A stretch of 64,000 nt of DNA from a virus. The position numbers and the translations under genes were made by a program. The stretch's first letter is position 1. Every line of letters starts with the position of its first letter. The stretch spans positions 2,396 to 66,395 of the IMG/VR virus record IMGVR_UViG_3300020159_003728; one strand, written 5' to 3'. A model generated the notes under the pieces. It was not told the DNA's origin. It was given only the letters and a program-made list of their open reading frames with translations, and ran no database searches. Below are positions 34,401 to 42,474 of this stretch, in pieces.

Positions 34401-35351
34401 AATCGCATATCGGCAAATGATTTTATTAGCAGCTCTTTTGATTCTGCATGGATTTATCCAGACGGAACAATTTATCCAGTTCGGCTTACACACGAAAATG
34501 AATTTGATTATGACGATGCGTGGGAAGATGGTTTGGTTCGTTTAGCAATGAATCGCGGTCGCCTTTGGAAAAATGTGAACGGTGAATTCGAAATTATTAC
34601 TGGAGACATAAACTTTGAAGTGCGTCGCGACTTAACCGACGAACAGAAGGGAACTCTCAACACGCTCTTTGGCAACATTCCACACGCATCCGTATTTATG
34701 GCCACTGATGCTGATCCGGCAATTACGCCCGGGGGTGGCGGCCGATTCTCTGATGGAAAAACTGCACTAAAAGCGTTGAAGAGTTTTTTCTCTGCTAAAA
34801 AATCCAAGTCGGTTGCACCAAGTGTAAAAATGAATCAGACTCGTATAAAATCCGTATATGGCGCAGTAAGCCCTGAAGGGTCGGGCAACTGTTATGAGGC
34901 TGCGATGACCACTGCTGAAACAATCGGCAAAAGAATAGGTGTTCCGGACAGTTCAATACGGATTGCACATGGTGTGCCACTTGGTACCGGTGGTGATGCT
35001 CAAGGTATTAGATACAACCATGCCTGGGTTGAGGTCGCTCGCAATGGATGGGATGAGTACGATCGTGTAAGTACTGCACTAGACAAACTTGTTGACGAGT
35101 CGAAAAATGTAAAAGATCCCGCACGAGCTGCAGAGCTGCGAAAGCAATACAATGAACTTGTTCAGAAATTGATTCAGATTGAAGTCGAAGATATTCAGGT
35201 ATATGACTATTCCAACGGCAAAAGAATTGTTTTAGATCGCATGCTTTATTATGGAATTGGAAATATTGAGCGTCAGCACGCTTTGTATTACTCAATCGGT
35301 GATGCTCGAAAAGAAATTGTAAATAATAGTCACTTTGGACCGTGGGGCTGA
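31410..35351 (+). CDS. Modular protein: DGD tag, AT-hook-like and multiple HTH repeats, PPDK phospho-His swivel domain, C-terminal transglutaminase/papain-like domain
   Basis: KKRGRPP. HTH-like units such as LQDIAKDFGVSRQYV and IAKELGRSPSSV. ASPG..LTARGGLVSHAA..ISLDGTTGEI at about 33534-33888. GNCYE..HAWVE..YDYS. Confidence 0.8.
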   Translation: MDKHSLTFKLINQIVDAGINIVQFDVNQKAADDLPNKPSVSKIRRKIKFRRLDGDGDQMTSILSPTGEDNVPVANVVARYASLGVELVDRDILEDRLNGLSLEQAAEKYKMDQAEISKREVRVAAAMRQLGEEIPSSTSPAQKIGPTIGSSRRSRVGSLSKPASPSITATEAPKKRGRPPLSEVVQAERRAAHQAAKEKKKRERKLLSEAAQAERRAAQGPVRAKRGRKKLTEAERNGIISDLQSGMPLAEIVSKYSISETTLSKISKESGLSGKIKRGPGRPIPPQTRDAIFKDHDANPNMTVMELAAKYSVDPKSVLRAFKNSSVGADGKRTSTDSAKANAIADRLINTNDNLQDIAKDFGVSRQYVDMLGKKLGLRTTKRTRKPMPSQPEPANLPEMRDFIRSNPSTTIRKIQNEFPGIGEVRIRKERNAILGVDKDTRMTSTINQVTKIYDELAYEGMTEQDRTALVGVIAEKLGIPVTRASLLVSRISTGVKSKRGNKISNAVRAYETAVRKNPSAKKGQLLIDIAKKYDTTPQSILASIQARNSGEGKGPGAAIIAAFTKRAEAEDFFMRRRADVYEEIAKELGRSPSSVQTIISRYSRVKYPDKKARADFAKANIVKRDYEMLKSLLSGTDIKKIAQSNKLTEKEVLKRTELLKGLLRKHNKPLMQWSARDTDAPTPLPLPPSRRRFWSEMGRLRDDENPDEVIAKGIAASPGTAVGKVYFTTEEAITASERGEKVILVQNETRPEDVQGIMAAEGVLTARGGLVSHAAISARGEGKPAVVGVEAVKIDGKKFTVGDIVVKEGDVISLDGTTGEIFLGKLPSRSTSPGESTVPKKSKPTTTRKKVGGYPFKGMTQKDLAAEYAIQKESAQKILDDERSKRLKQNQPLQNILSSLLDIEDYELTDDKDKDSLSRDIQLVKTFVDEKLKFDSTDNPLVVGYATQLVAISKLLKLRSKQRALTADETKLMNDLSVIFEDDSDFRGGNDRPLMMNRISANDFISSSFDSAWIYPDGTIYPVRLTHENEFDYDDAWEDGLVRLAMNRGRLWKNVNGEFEIITGDINFEVRRDLTDEQKGTLNTLFGNIPHASVFMATDADPAITPGGGGRFSDGKTALKALKSFFSAKKSKSVAPSVKMNQTRIKSVYGAVSPEGSGNCYEAAMTTAETIGKRIGVPDSSIRIAHGVPLGTGGDAQGIRYNHAWVEVARNGWDEYDRVSTALDKLVDESKNVKDPARAAELRKQYNELVQKLIQIEVEDIQVYDYSNGKRIVLDRMLYYGIGNIERQHALYYSIGDARKEIVNNSHFGPWG

Positions 35352-35353
35352 TT

Positions 35354-35503
35354 ATGAAAAAAGAAGACAATGATATCTTTTCGATTTCGTTTGATGAAAT
35401 TGGCAAGACCGCGGTTCCGGCAACGGACTATATCAAGAGCAGCGATAATGTTGTTAAATCCAAAAACTCAAGAACTAAAATTGGCGCAAAAAAGAAGAAC
35501 TAA
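35354..35503 (+). CDS. Small protein (49 aa), not in the ORF track
   Basis: ATG 2 nt after the upstream stop; MKKEDNDIFSISFDEIG..GAKKKN*. Confidence 0.5.
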   Translation: MKKEDNDIFSISFDEIGKTAVPATDYIKSSDNVVKSKNSRTKIGAKKKN

Positions 35504-36216
35504 TTATTTAACACAGCTTCTTCAATAGAGGAAACCATTGTTCTTACTGGTTTCATATTCTTTGATATTCCGCAAATTTTACGCACAGGTTTTCCCCAAG
35601 TTTCATGCCAGGCCTGTTCTGTAAATGTTAGTAATCCTGGATTTGCAAGTGACGCAAAAAAGAATGCCGGCTGCTGTAGGGATATTCCAAGGATATAAGA
35701 ATTAGAGGATTCTCCGCTGTTTATTTTGCTGTAGCGCATATCGCATGTATTAGTTCGTGACCAATAGTTTGAATAGTCGGTAACTACTTCTAGACCTATT
35801 GCGTGTTCGCCGGTCGAAACAACAATGTCCTGATCTGTTGTTATTTTATCAGCCGCTAGAAAATCACGAAACTTATCACTGCCGGCGAGGTGTGCCGAGG
35901 TTGTTTCATTGCTCAAGGCGAAACACAAAGCATCTTCAACAATCCATCCAAGCATCAGCTCAGTTGCGTATTGTTCTGCCGATCTATTATCTCTAAAGGA
36001 AGACAATTTTGAGTCGGCACACATTGTGCCCAGTTCTGTAATTACCTCATCGCTGACCGAGTCATTGATTAGGAAATCGCGAAATGCGACCTGTTTGGAT
36101 AGGCCAGAAAAAAACAATTGACCGACATATTGATCATGAATGTCGAGTGGATCAACATTTAGATGTCGGAGAAATCGCCGTACTAGGAATACCCGTGTAG
36201 CAATTGTTTCGTTCAT
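35500..36216 (-). CDS. Hypothetical protein, possibly a PD-(D/E)XK restriction-like nuclease
   Basis: ATG just after the RNR stop; the ORF-track N-terminus overlaps RNR and is rejected. GWIVED..DQDIVV..LEVVTDY spacing is only suggestive. Confidence 0.45.
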   Translation of the reverse strand: MNETIATRVFLVRRFLRHLNVDPLDIHDQYVGQLFFSGLSKQVAFRDFLINDSVSDEVITELGTMCADSKLSSFRDNRSAEQYATELMLGWIVEDALCFALSNETTSAHLAGSDKFRDFLAADKITTDQDIVVSTGEHAIGLEVVTDYSNYWSRTNTCDMRYSKINSGESSNSYILGISLQQPAFFFASLANPGLLTFTEQAWHETWGKPVRKICGISKNMKPVRTMVSSIEEAVLNN

Positions 36217-36217
36217 G

Positions 36218-38146
36218 TTATTTAATCGGGCAGGCTCCAGTAGCGCATGACGGGTCGTCAAAATCATCACCGAGTACATTGGGCGCAATTTCAACTGCCA
36301 TGTCGATCTTTGAGAGCAACTTGCCATAGACCTCTGCCGAAATCTCTTCGTATGGAGGTAGCGGGAAGTTGTGGTCTGAGTGCAACAAGAACGAGACAGA
36401 CTTGATGTTCTTATCGTAATTGCTTGCAAGCCAATCCTTGATCTGCTGCAGTTCTTCCTTGCGGTAGTACACCGTTACGGAAACAGCATTGTCGGCCCAG
36501 TCTGCCTGCATGCGCTTGACCCATTCAAGCTGTTCGATTGCAGTCATATCAGCTGCGAGAACTGCATTGTCTGGTGACTTGCATGGAAATTCAACAACCC
36601 ACTTGGTATGGTCTTCCCGACCATCAATCAGGATTTCTGGGACAACTCGATAACCACGCTTGCGGCATGAGTCAACCAATGGATCTGCACTACTAAAACG
36701 CACACGACGAATGTAGTAGCGAGCATACGCTGGGTGGATGCCGGGCGTTACTCCAGGAAGAAGTGACAAAGTTCCGGATGGTTGAACGGTAGTCAATCGA
36801 ACCGAACGAGGAATGTTATTTTTTTCTGAGAACTCACGGTCAAATGCGTCAAGATACTCGTATCCATCGCGAAGCCAGCTGAGTTGCTCTTCGGAAGACT
36901 GAAGGACTCCGGTAATCGACTGGCCAAGACGACGATTTTTACGCACAATCGTGGTTGTCTTTTCGTACGGATAATCGAGATTTGTAATCTGCTTCTGAAT
37001 TAAGTAAAGCAAACGCGATATCTCTTTGAACTGCTCAAACGATTCAATATTTGGTAGGAAAAGTGTGGCTAAATTGCATGACTCACCGTCACCAAGGCCA
37101 ATCTCGGCGCATGGGTTAAAACCCTCAATCGATGGATCTGCACGGCGCTCGCCAACTCGACCCATGGTACGCGCAAGCTTTCGGTTCAATAGGCCGTACG
37201 GCTCTCCGGAGCCATCGTAACCCTTCCACAACTCTGGCATAATTTCATCAAAAGCATCCGCATAGATGCTGTTGTTTGAATTAGCGCGCCATCCTGGAAC
37301 ATTTCCGGATCCCCAGTTTTTTGCCCGCAAGAATAAGATGTCATCAGGGTCACCAATTGCAATTTGAGCAGAACGACGAGATGAGCCAGAAACAACAATC
37401 CGGCCAATGATATTACAAATATCAAGAACATCAATCGAGCGCAATTTTTTGCCGATTCGGTTATCCATTACTTTGCAGATGTCCGCGACACCTTCGATTA
37501 GTGCACCAGGACCAGAGGCCGTTCCGCCAAAACTATTAAGGGGAGCACCAAATTCACGAACTAAAATTGTCGAATAAGAGAACGACTTCCCGGTCTCGAA
37601 GTATGACTTTAAAACTGCATGAAGAAGACGACGCCACCCTTGACGACTGTCCGGAACGATGATGTCTGCATCATTCGATCGATCATGTGTGATGTGAGCG
37701 CCACCCTTTATTTTTGGCAATTCATGAATCTTTGATCGCTCAACAGAGAATCCAACTCCTCCACCAAGCATCAAGTAGTCAAAAAGAAACTCGAAGTCTT
37801 CAATTGTTTCGATATTAACGAAATAGCAGTTATTCAATGATGCAGCATTGAACTTCTTGACGAGCGGAGTACCGAGCTGCCACAGGGCTCGACCAGAAAA
37901 TGAACAACGCAAATTAAACATGTGATCAAACAGGATCTGCGCTTCTTCTTCTGTGTAATCAACACCAATCTCAACAGCGCCGTTGACTACGCGCTCAAGT
38001 GTCTCGACCCATGTTTCGTTACGGCCTTCTTCTTCAATTCGCCGGCTATATGTACGGAGATAAACAATTTCTCCCAATCCACCAAAGCCCCAAGGAGCAA
38101 CTTTTCCTTTGTAGGAATCAACAAATTCACGGCTAAGAATTGACAC
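36218..38146 (-). CDS. nrdJ: Class II (adenosylcobalamin-dependent) ribonucleotide reductase
   Basis: VYLRTYSR, SGRALW, LNNC, GGGVGF, FNPCAEI, TTVQPSGTLS and C-terminal CATGACPIK. No beta-subunit gene is adjacent. Confidence 0.95.
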   Translation of the reverse strand: MSILSREFVDSYKGKVAPWGFGGLGEIVYLRTYSRRIEEEGRNETWVETLERVVNGAVEIGVDYTEEEAQILFDHMFNLRCSFSGRALWQLGTPLVKKFNAASLNNCYFVNIETIEDFEFLFDYLMLGGGVGFSVERSKIHELPKIKGGAHITHDRSNDADIIVPDSRQGWRRLLHAVLKSYFETGKSFSYSTILVREFGAPLNSFGGTASGPGALIEGVADICKVMDNRIGKKLRSIDVLDICNIIGRIVVSGSSRRSAQIAIGDPDDILFLRAKNWGSGNVPGWRANSNNSIYADAFDEIMPELWKGYDGSGEPYGLLNRKLARTMGRVGERRADPSIEGFNPCAEIGLGDGESCNLATLFLPNIESFEQFKEISRLLYLIQKQITNLDYPYEKTTTIVRKNRRLGQSITGVLQSSEEQLSWLRDGYEYLDAFDREFSEKNNIPRSVRLTTVQPSGTLSLLPGVTPGIHPAYARYYIRRVRFSSADPLVDSCRKRGYRVVPEILIDGREDHTKWVVEFPCKSPDNAVLAADMTAIEQLEWVKRMQADWADNAVSVTVYYRKEELQQIKDWLASNYDKNIKSVSFLLHSDHNFPLPPYEEISAEVYGKLLSKIDMAVEIAPNVLGDDFDDPSCATGACPIK

Positions 38147-38212
38147 GATAAATACCTTTCTAGGTGGGTAGAGGACAAGGATACAGCATCCGAAAATACG
38201 GAAACCGTCTAG

Positions 38213-38563
38213 TTAATCTGTAGTTGGATTTTCTTTGCTCCAAGATCCATCAGGAAGGATACCTAGCTGTTTCGCCTTCTCAAATGAAATCTTTGAGCCT
38301 TTTCTAGCAATCAAAAACCGCGCTTTGGTTAATTCACCAATCTGGCGTTCTTCATAAATATCTTCTTCTACCAGAACCTGTTGCTCGTCTTGTAGTGATG
38401 GGGTTGTGCCATGTAACAAGATTCTACCTATGGGCATTTGTTCTTCACCTTGACAGTCCCCGGTCGGATGTCCACATATCAAACATGGCTCCTGAGTTGA
38501 TCGAATAAGACGAACATTACCAAGGATGTATTGATCTTGTCCATTCGTAGAGTAGAAAGTCAT
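38213..38563 (-). CDS. Hypothetical protein with a CxxC..HxxxxC motif
   Basis: TAACAT lies 6 nt before the ATG. Confidence 0.65.
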   Translation of the reverse strand: MTFYSTNGQDQYILGNVRLIRSTQEPCLICGHPTGDCQGEEQMPIGRILLHGTTPSLQDEQQVLVEEDIYEERQIGELTKARFLIARKGSKISFEKAKQLGILPDGSWSKENPTTD

Positions 38564-38638
38564 GCTCCTATGTTACACCCCTATTTTCCTGGGTATTTAT
38601 GCTAATCTTGTATTAAATCCATTATTTAGGGGGGGGCC

Positions 38639-38881
38639 TTGAAACAGCTTAAAACTGTATGTATGCGAATTATTGCAGTATTCGCCAGAGATGGCCTGAA
38701 AGTTGTTGGCGCCGGCGCTATTGCTGGTGTTTCATTGTGGCTCGCTGTAGTGACAGCTGGAATAGCCGGTGTATTTAAAGTAGTCGAGAAGCTTGCAGAG
38801 GCATATTTGGATGACGGCAAGCTCGATACTGACGAAATTAATGATGCTTTTATTGCACCAACAAATACAACCACCCAATAA
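38639..38881 (+). CDS. Small membrane protein, holin-like
   Basis: Hydrophobic helices followed by DDGKLDTDEINDAF. Confidence 0.5.
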   Translation: MKQLKTVCMRIIAVFARDGLKVVGAGAIAGVSLWLAVVTAGIAGVFKVVEKLAEAYLDDGKLDTDEINDAFIAPTNTTTQ

Positions 38882-38885
38882 GGTT

Positions 38886-39044
38886 TTAGCTTCGTCTTAC
38901 AATATCTAAAGAATTCAAAATAGTGTTGTAGATTTTGATATCTCGCCGTGCTCGCCGTTTTGAACTGTAGTCGCCGCACTTTAATCCGTCTGGGAGCATA
39001 ATCTGCCACGAAAACATGCGGCCCACAATCTTTACTTCATTCAC
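38886..39044 (-). CDS. Small hypothetical protein
   Basis: GTGA overlap with the upstream stop and GGAG upstream. Confidence 0.45.
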   Translation of the reverse strand: MNEVKIVGRMFSWQIMLPDGLKCGDYSSKRRARRDIKIYNTILNSLDIVRRS

Positions 39045-39346
39045 CAGGCTACTCCTTGCGCTGCTTCTTTGCAATTTGCGTACTCTGCATTTGCGTACTC
39101 TTTTTTGCCAAGTTCGCCAGCTAAGTTTTCTGCTGTTTCTTTCCACAAATCGCGGTCGGATCGCATTTTTATAAACATAGCGTAGAGCGTATTAAAATCT
39201 TGGTTGCAGTCCTTGAGTAAATCCTCAAGACGCTCAAATTTGTCAAGAGCGTCACGATCAAGTATGCAGTTTGTGCAGGGATTGGGATTGTCACTACAAC
39301 ATTGCCCAATTCGCTCCCGTAGTTCTGTTTCAGTAGTGTCAGTCAT
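39041..39346 (-). CDS. Hypothetical coiled-coil protein
   Basis: 101-aa ORF with GAGG upstream. Confidence 0.65.
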   Translation of the reverse strand: MTDTTETELRERIGQCCSDNPNPCTNCILDRDALDKFERLEDLLKDCNQDFNTLYAMFIKMRSDRDLWKETAENLAGELGKKEYANAEYANCKEAAQGVAW

Positions 39347-39366
39347 TAAGCCTCATTAAATCAAGC

Positions 39367-39503
39367 AAGCAGTTTGGCGACATGCTTAGGTCGTTGAGTT
39401 GGCAACCTTCACTCCCCACCCACACAGGAGATACGCAGGCGTTGCCTACCGGACATGCTTCACCAGCATGCTAAGCGAGTAGTTTGACGACATGCTCAGG
39501 TCG
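39367..39503 (-). ncRNA. Candidate structured RNA bounded by two 27-nt pseudoknot-like repeats
   Basis: CGACCTRAGCATGTCGYCAAACTRCTY at 39477-39503 and 39367-39393, with internal hairpins between them. Confidence 0.45.
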
Positions 39504-39508
39504 GCGGA

Positions 39509-39769
39509 TCAGAATCCGAACTTCAGGAGCTCTTCCTTAAGAAGCTCGTTGAACTCATTATCGTGCCGGGCCGAAAGAATCGACAATGCGCGACGACGGG
39601 CATCTTGCTTCTTGCGGTTTGTGGCAGCCTGGGCAGCACGACGCTCGGTCCGGACAGCCTCAGGGAGTGGCTTACGGCCGCGCTTCTTTGGTGCTTCGGT
39701 TGCCGTAATTTCCGTATTGATGTTATGGGTAGCCTCCGCCTGAGCGGTCGGCATTTCGGTGTTTAGCAT
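39509..39769 (-). CDS. Small basic DNA-binding protein (AT-hook-like KKRGRKP)
   Basis: TATATT lies 7 nt before the ATG. Basic helix. Confidence 0.7.
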   Translation of the reverse strand: MLNTEMPTAQAEATHNINTEITATEAPKKRGRKPLPEAVRTERRAAQAATNRKKQDARRRALSILSARHDNEFNELLKEELLKFGF

Positions 39770-39917
39770 GTCGGTGAATATAAGACACTCCTGCTTTTAT
39801 TGCAACCCGAATAGCAAAATTTTTCAAAATATATTCACTAGCAGGGATTTTGCAATTTTGATATATATCATTGGCCTTCGATTTTGATGACTAAACTAGC
39901 CATGGCAAGGAGGACTA

Positions 39918-40730
39918 ATGAGTTTGACTAAAATACGGCACTACACACTAGATTCGCAGCATGCGAGGTCTATCTGGGCAATACTCAGAGACATAGATAC
40001 GCCCTCCTCAATGGCCGAATTAGACGATGCATATCGCGATAAGTTCGGTATGAATTTTCTTGACCATGTAGCAATAGATGAAGCCCTTAATTTTGGTACT
40101 CCATTTAGTTTTACTTTCGAACAAAACGGCGCACTCGTACAGAATATTTTTCCTATACAAAAACTCGAGGGTGAACAAATCTCTTCTTCATCAAAAGCAG
40201 AGTTAGCGTTACATACAGAAGCCGCCTTCTACGAAAATAGGCCTGACATCCTTTTACTATTTTGTGTTCGTGCTGACGAAAATGCCGGAACAACATATTC
40301 AGAAATGCATGAAATTTTACGATCTCTTCCCCGATGGGCAATCGAGCAGCTCAAGCAGCCAAACTTTTTATTTCATCCTGATTTAAGCTTTACGATGAAT
40401 GGTGCATCAAAAGAACCACGGCTTCAGGCAATCTTTACTGAGAATCTTTCAGAAATGACATATGACATGACTGCAGTAAAAGCAATAACTGACGATGCTG
40501 CAACAGCACTTGATTTTCTAGAGACAGCAATTGAATACTGTAAAAAAACTATTTATCTGCGTCCCGGAGATTTTTTGGCAATTCCAAATCGCCGTACAGT
40601 TCATGGCCGTACTCACTTCTCCCCTCGCTTCGACGGCAGGGATAGGTGGCTAAAACGAATTATCTGTCGTGACAATTCTCGCCCGGCATATAATGACCCG
40701 TTAGTAAATGAATTTTCCCCGTCGCTGTAG
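39918..40730 (+). CDS. TauD/TfdA-family Fe(II)/2-oxoglutarate dioxygenase, clavaminate-synthase/AsnO-like
   Basis: LALHTEAAF (HxE) and NRRTVHGR..FDGRDRWLKR. AGGAGG RBS. Confidence 0.9.
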   Translation: MSLTKIRHYTLDSQHARSIWAILRDIDTPSSMAELDDAYRDKFGMNFLDHVAIDEALNFGTPFSFTFEQNGALVQNIFPIQKLEGEQISSSSKAELALHTEAAFYENRPDILLLFCVRADENAGTTYSEMHEILRSLPRWAIEQLKQPNFLFHPDLSFTMNGASKEPRLQAIFTENLSEMTYDMTAVKAITDDAATALDFLETAIEYCKKTIYLRPGDFLAIPNRRTVHGRTHFSPRFDGRDRWLKRIICRDNSRPAYNDPLVNEFSPSL

Positions 40731-40740
40731 TTAGGAAATT

Positions 40741-41139
40741 ATGCCCACTCGAAATGATCTATACGCCCTACTTGAAAGTCACTGGACTAAAGGGTGGCCA
40801 TTAAGTATTGATTTCAATAATGGATGGGTTGAAATTGCCTTTAATGGTGTTGAACGCATGATTAAAGTGGATCCCGATATTAAATTTGAACAGGTGAAAG
40901 AAAAATTTGGAGTTATGCGTATTTATTACGCCACAAGCAAACCAAAATATGCAAAAAAGTTGCGGGCGATTATGGATGAGGTTGAAAAACAGTCAGCTAC
41001 AACTTGTGAAGAAACGGGCCAGCCAGGTGTCCTGATGCGTCGAAGCGGAGCTTATAGAACTCTGAATTCCTCATTTGTTAATGATGGCTGGGTTCCGGTA
41101 CAAAATGGCCCCTTCACAACTTTTATTACGCAATACTAG
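40741..41139 (+). CDS. Phage hypothetical protein (QVKEKFG motif)
   Basis: GW..QVKEKFGVMRIY..S..TCEETG motif. Confidence 0.75.
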   Translation: MPTRNDLYALLESHWTKGWPLSIDFNNGWVEIAFNGVERMIKVDPDIKFEQVKEKFGVMRIYYATSKPKYAKKLRAIMDEVEKQSATTCEETGQPGVLMRRSGAYRTLNSSFVNDGWVPVQNGPFTTFITQY

Positions 41140-41196
41140 ACAGAAGGATTTTTTCTGTGTATCGTTATGGCAACTTAACGATTGGAGCTAAATAAA

Positions 41197-41403
41197 ATGA
41201 CCAATAGAGACACTTACGACATTCTGGCCTACGAAGAAGAACAGAAACAATCAAAAAATGGAATCAACATTCAGGTCAACACACTGATTGACGCGATGAT
41301 GGATGCGGAACGGTGTTTATTTCGTAACTCCAAGTCAAACTTAATGCCCGTCACTCATTTGAATATCAAAGACATTACTTGCTCTGAGGTCGATAAAAAA
41401 TGA
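41197..41403 (+). CDS. Hypothetical protein
   Basis: GGAG RBS and ATGA overlap with the next gene. Confidence 0.55.
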   Translation: MTNRDTYDILAYEEEQKQSKNGINIQVNTLIDAMMDAERCLFRNSKSNLMPVTHLNIKDITCSEVDKK

Positions 41404-41831
41404 AACTTATTACTAAGCTTGTGCTATTGGCTCCATTACTTACCGCGTGTAGTTCAACTATGAGCAGCGAGATAACAACTCTTCAGCCGCTACCAACAAC
41501 TACTAACATCCCTAGTATCAATATAATTCCGTCATTAGACGGGGAGCCATATACCGACGAAGAGTTTGCATTTTTTGATGATGTGACTTACTTCTACGGA
41601 AGCGGCACTGACTTAAGTGATGAGGATCTTCTTGAGTTTGGTGTTTTATGGTGTCAATTAATGATCGGTGGAATGACCGACACTGATGTGGTGGCTCGTA
41701 TCAACGAGGGAGCGAGCGACAACGCTGATGCCAAGATGCATTTTGCTGTTGTTCTCGCCGGCATTGATAACTTGTGCCCGTCACAGGCCGAAAAGTCAGA
41801 ATACATCGCGCTCAATACACCGCTGCCATAA
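41400..41831 (+). CDS. Lipoprotein, DUF732-like
   Basis: Signal peptide with an LTAC lipobox, Thr/Pro linker, and G..WC...LCP pattern. Confidence 0.7.
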   Translation: MKLITKLVLLAPLLTACSSTMSSEITTLQPLPTTTNIPSINIIPSLDGEPYTDEEFAFFDDVTYFYGSGTDLSDEDLLEFGVLWCQLMIGGMTDTDVVARINEGASDNADAKMHFAVVLAGIDNLCPSQAEKSEYIALNTPLP

Positions 41832-41894
41832 ACCAAGCGCAATACAGATAAATTTACCCGGACATTTACTCAGCATGTATAAATAGTAGGTGGA

Positions 41895-42158
41895 ATGAAT
41901 ACACGAGAAATAACCGTTTATGGCATTGCGATCAAATCATTCGATGATGCAATGAAAGCAATCCTTGAAAATGCAAAGAATGAACTTGGATTTACGGATC
42001 CGCGATACATCTCCTATGATGACAAGCATCAAGTAATCAAGTTCGTAGTCCAGGCCGGCGGCCTCAGCTTGCGCAATGCAGTTAACGAGATGGCGGCATA
42101 TCTAAAAATGTCACGAACAGCTGTCTATAAAATAGTTAATCAGGAACTCAACGGATAG
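41895..42158 (+). CDS. Small HTH protein
   Basis: C-terminal AVNEMAAYLKMSRTAVYK. Confidence 0.65.
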   Translation: MNTREITVYGIAIKSFDDAMKAILENAKNELGFTDPRYISYDDKHQVIKFVVQAGGLSLRNAVNEMAAYLKMSRTAVYKIVNQELNG

Positions 42159-42240
42159 ATGTACCTCTATAGAATCTCTAAGGTTCTGCTAAATTTAACC
42201 GACAAGTAGCTAAATCGCTTATTTTTTTTGGAGCCCCGAT

Positions 42241-42474
42241 ATGGATCATTATGGAATGCGAGCTGCAATGAACAGAGCACTGGGTCTTCCCGAGCCAACT
42301 GAAACTGTTGGGATGCCGGCTCAAATTACAATTCGATCGAGCCGCGATTACTATCTCCACGATCTAATCCAGCGTTTAAATGACCGCCATGCCACTAACT
42401 ATGATCCGCTATGCAAAGAGGCAGCAGATGTAATTGCGGAGCTCACAACGCCTCCTGGACAGACATATGCTTGA
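42241..42474 (+). CDS. Hypothetical protein
   Basis: GGAG RBS; first gene of a chain of overlapping small ORFs. Confidence 0.6.
   Translation: MDHYGMRAAMNRALGLPEPTETVGMPAQITIRSSRDYYLHDLIQRLNDRHATNYDPLCKEAADVIAELTTPPGQTYA

Noticed and set aside
31410-35351. Functional PPDK or a transposase
   Set aside because: Only the swivel domain is present, and the HTH units have no DDE domain or terminal repeats.
36217-36429. N-terminal extension of ORF 35500-36429, likewise the extensions at 6800, 24241, 52265, 59751 and 62994
   Set aside because: They overlap neighbouring genes or promoters; downstream starts have an RBS, -10 element or translational coupling.
36218-38146. Intein or intron in nrdJ
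   Set aside because: The 642-aa length and continuous motifs leave no room for an insertion.
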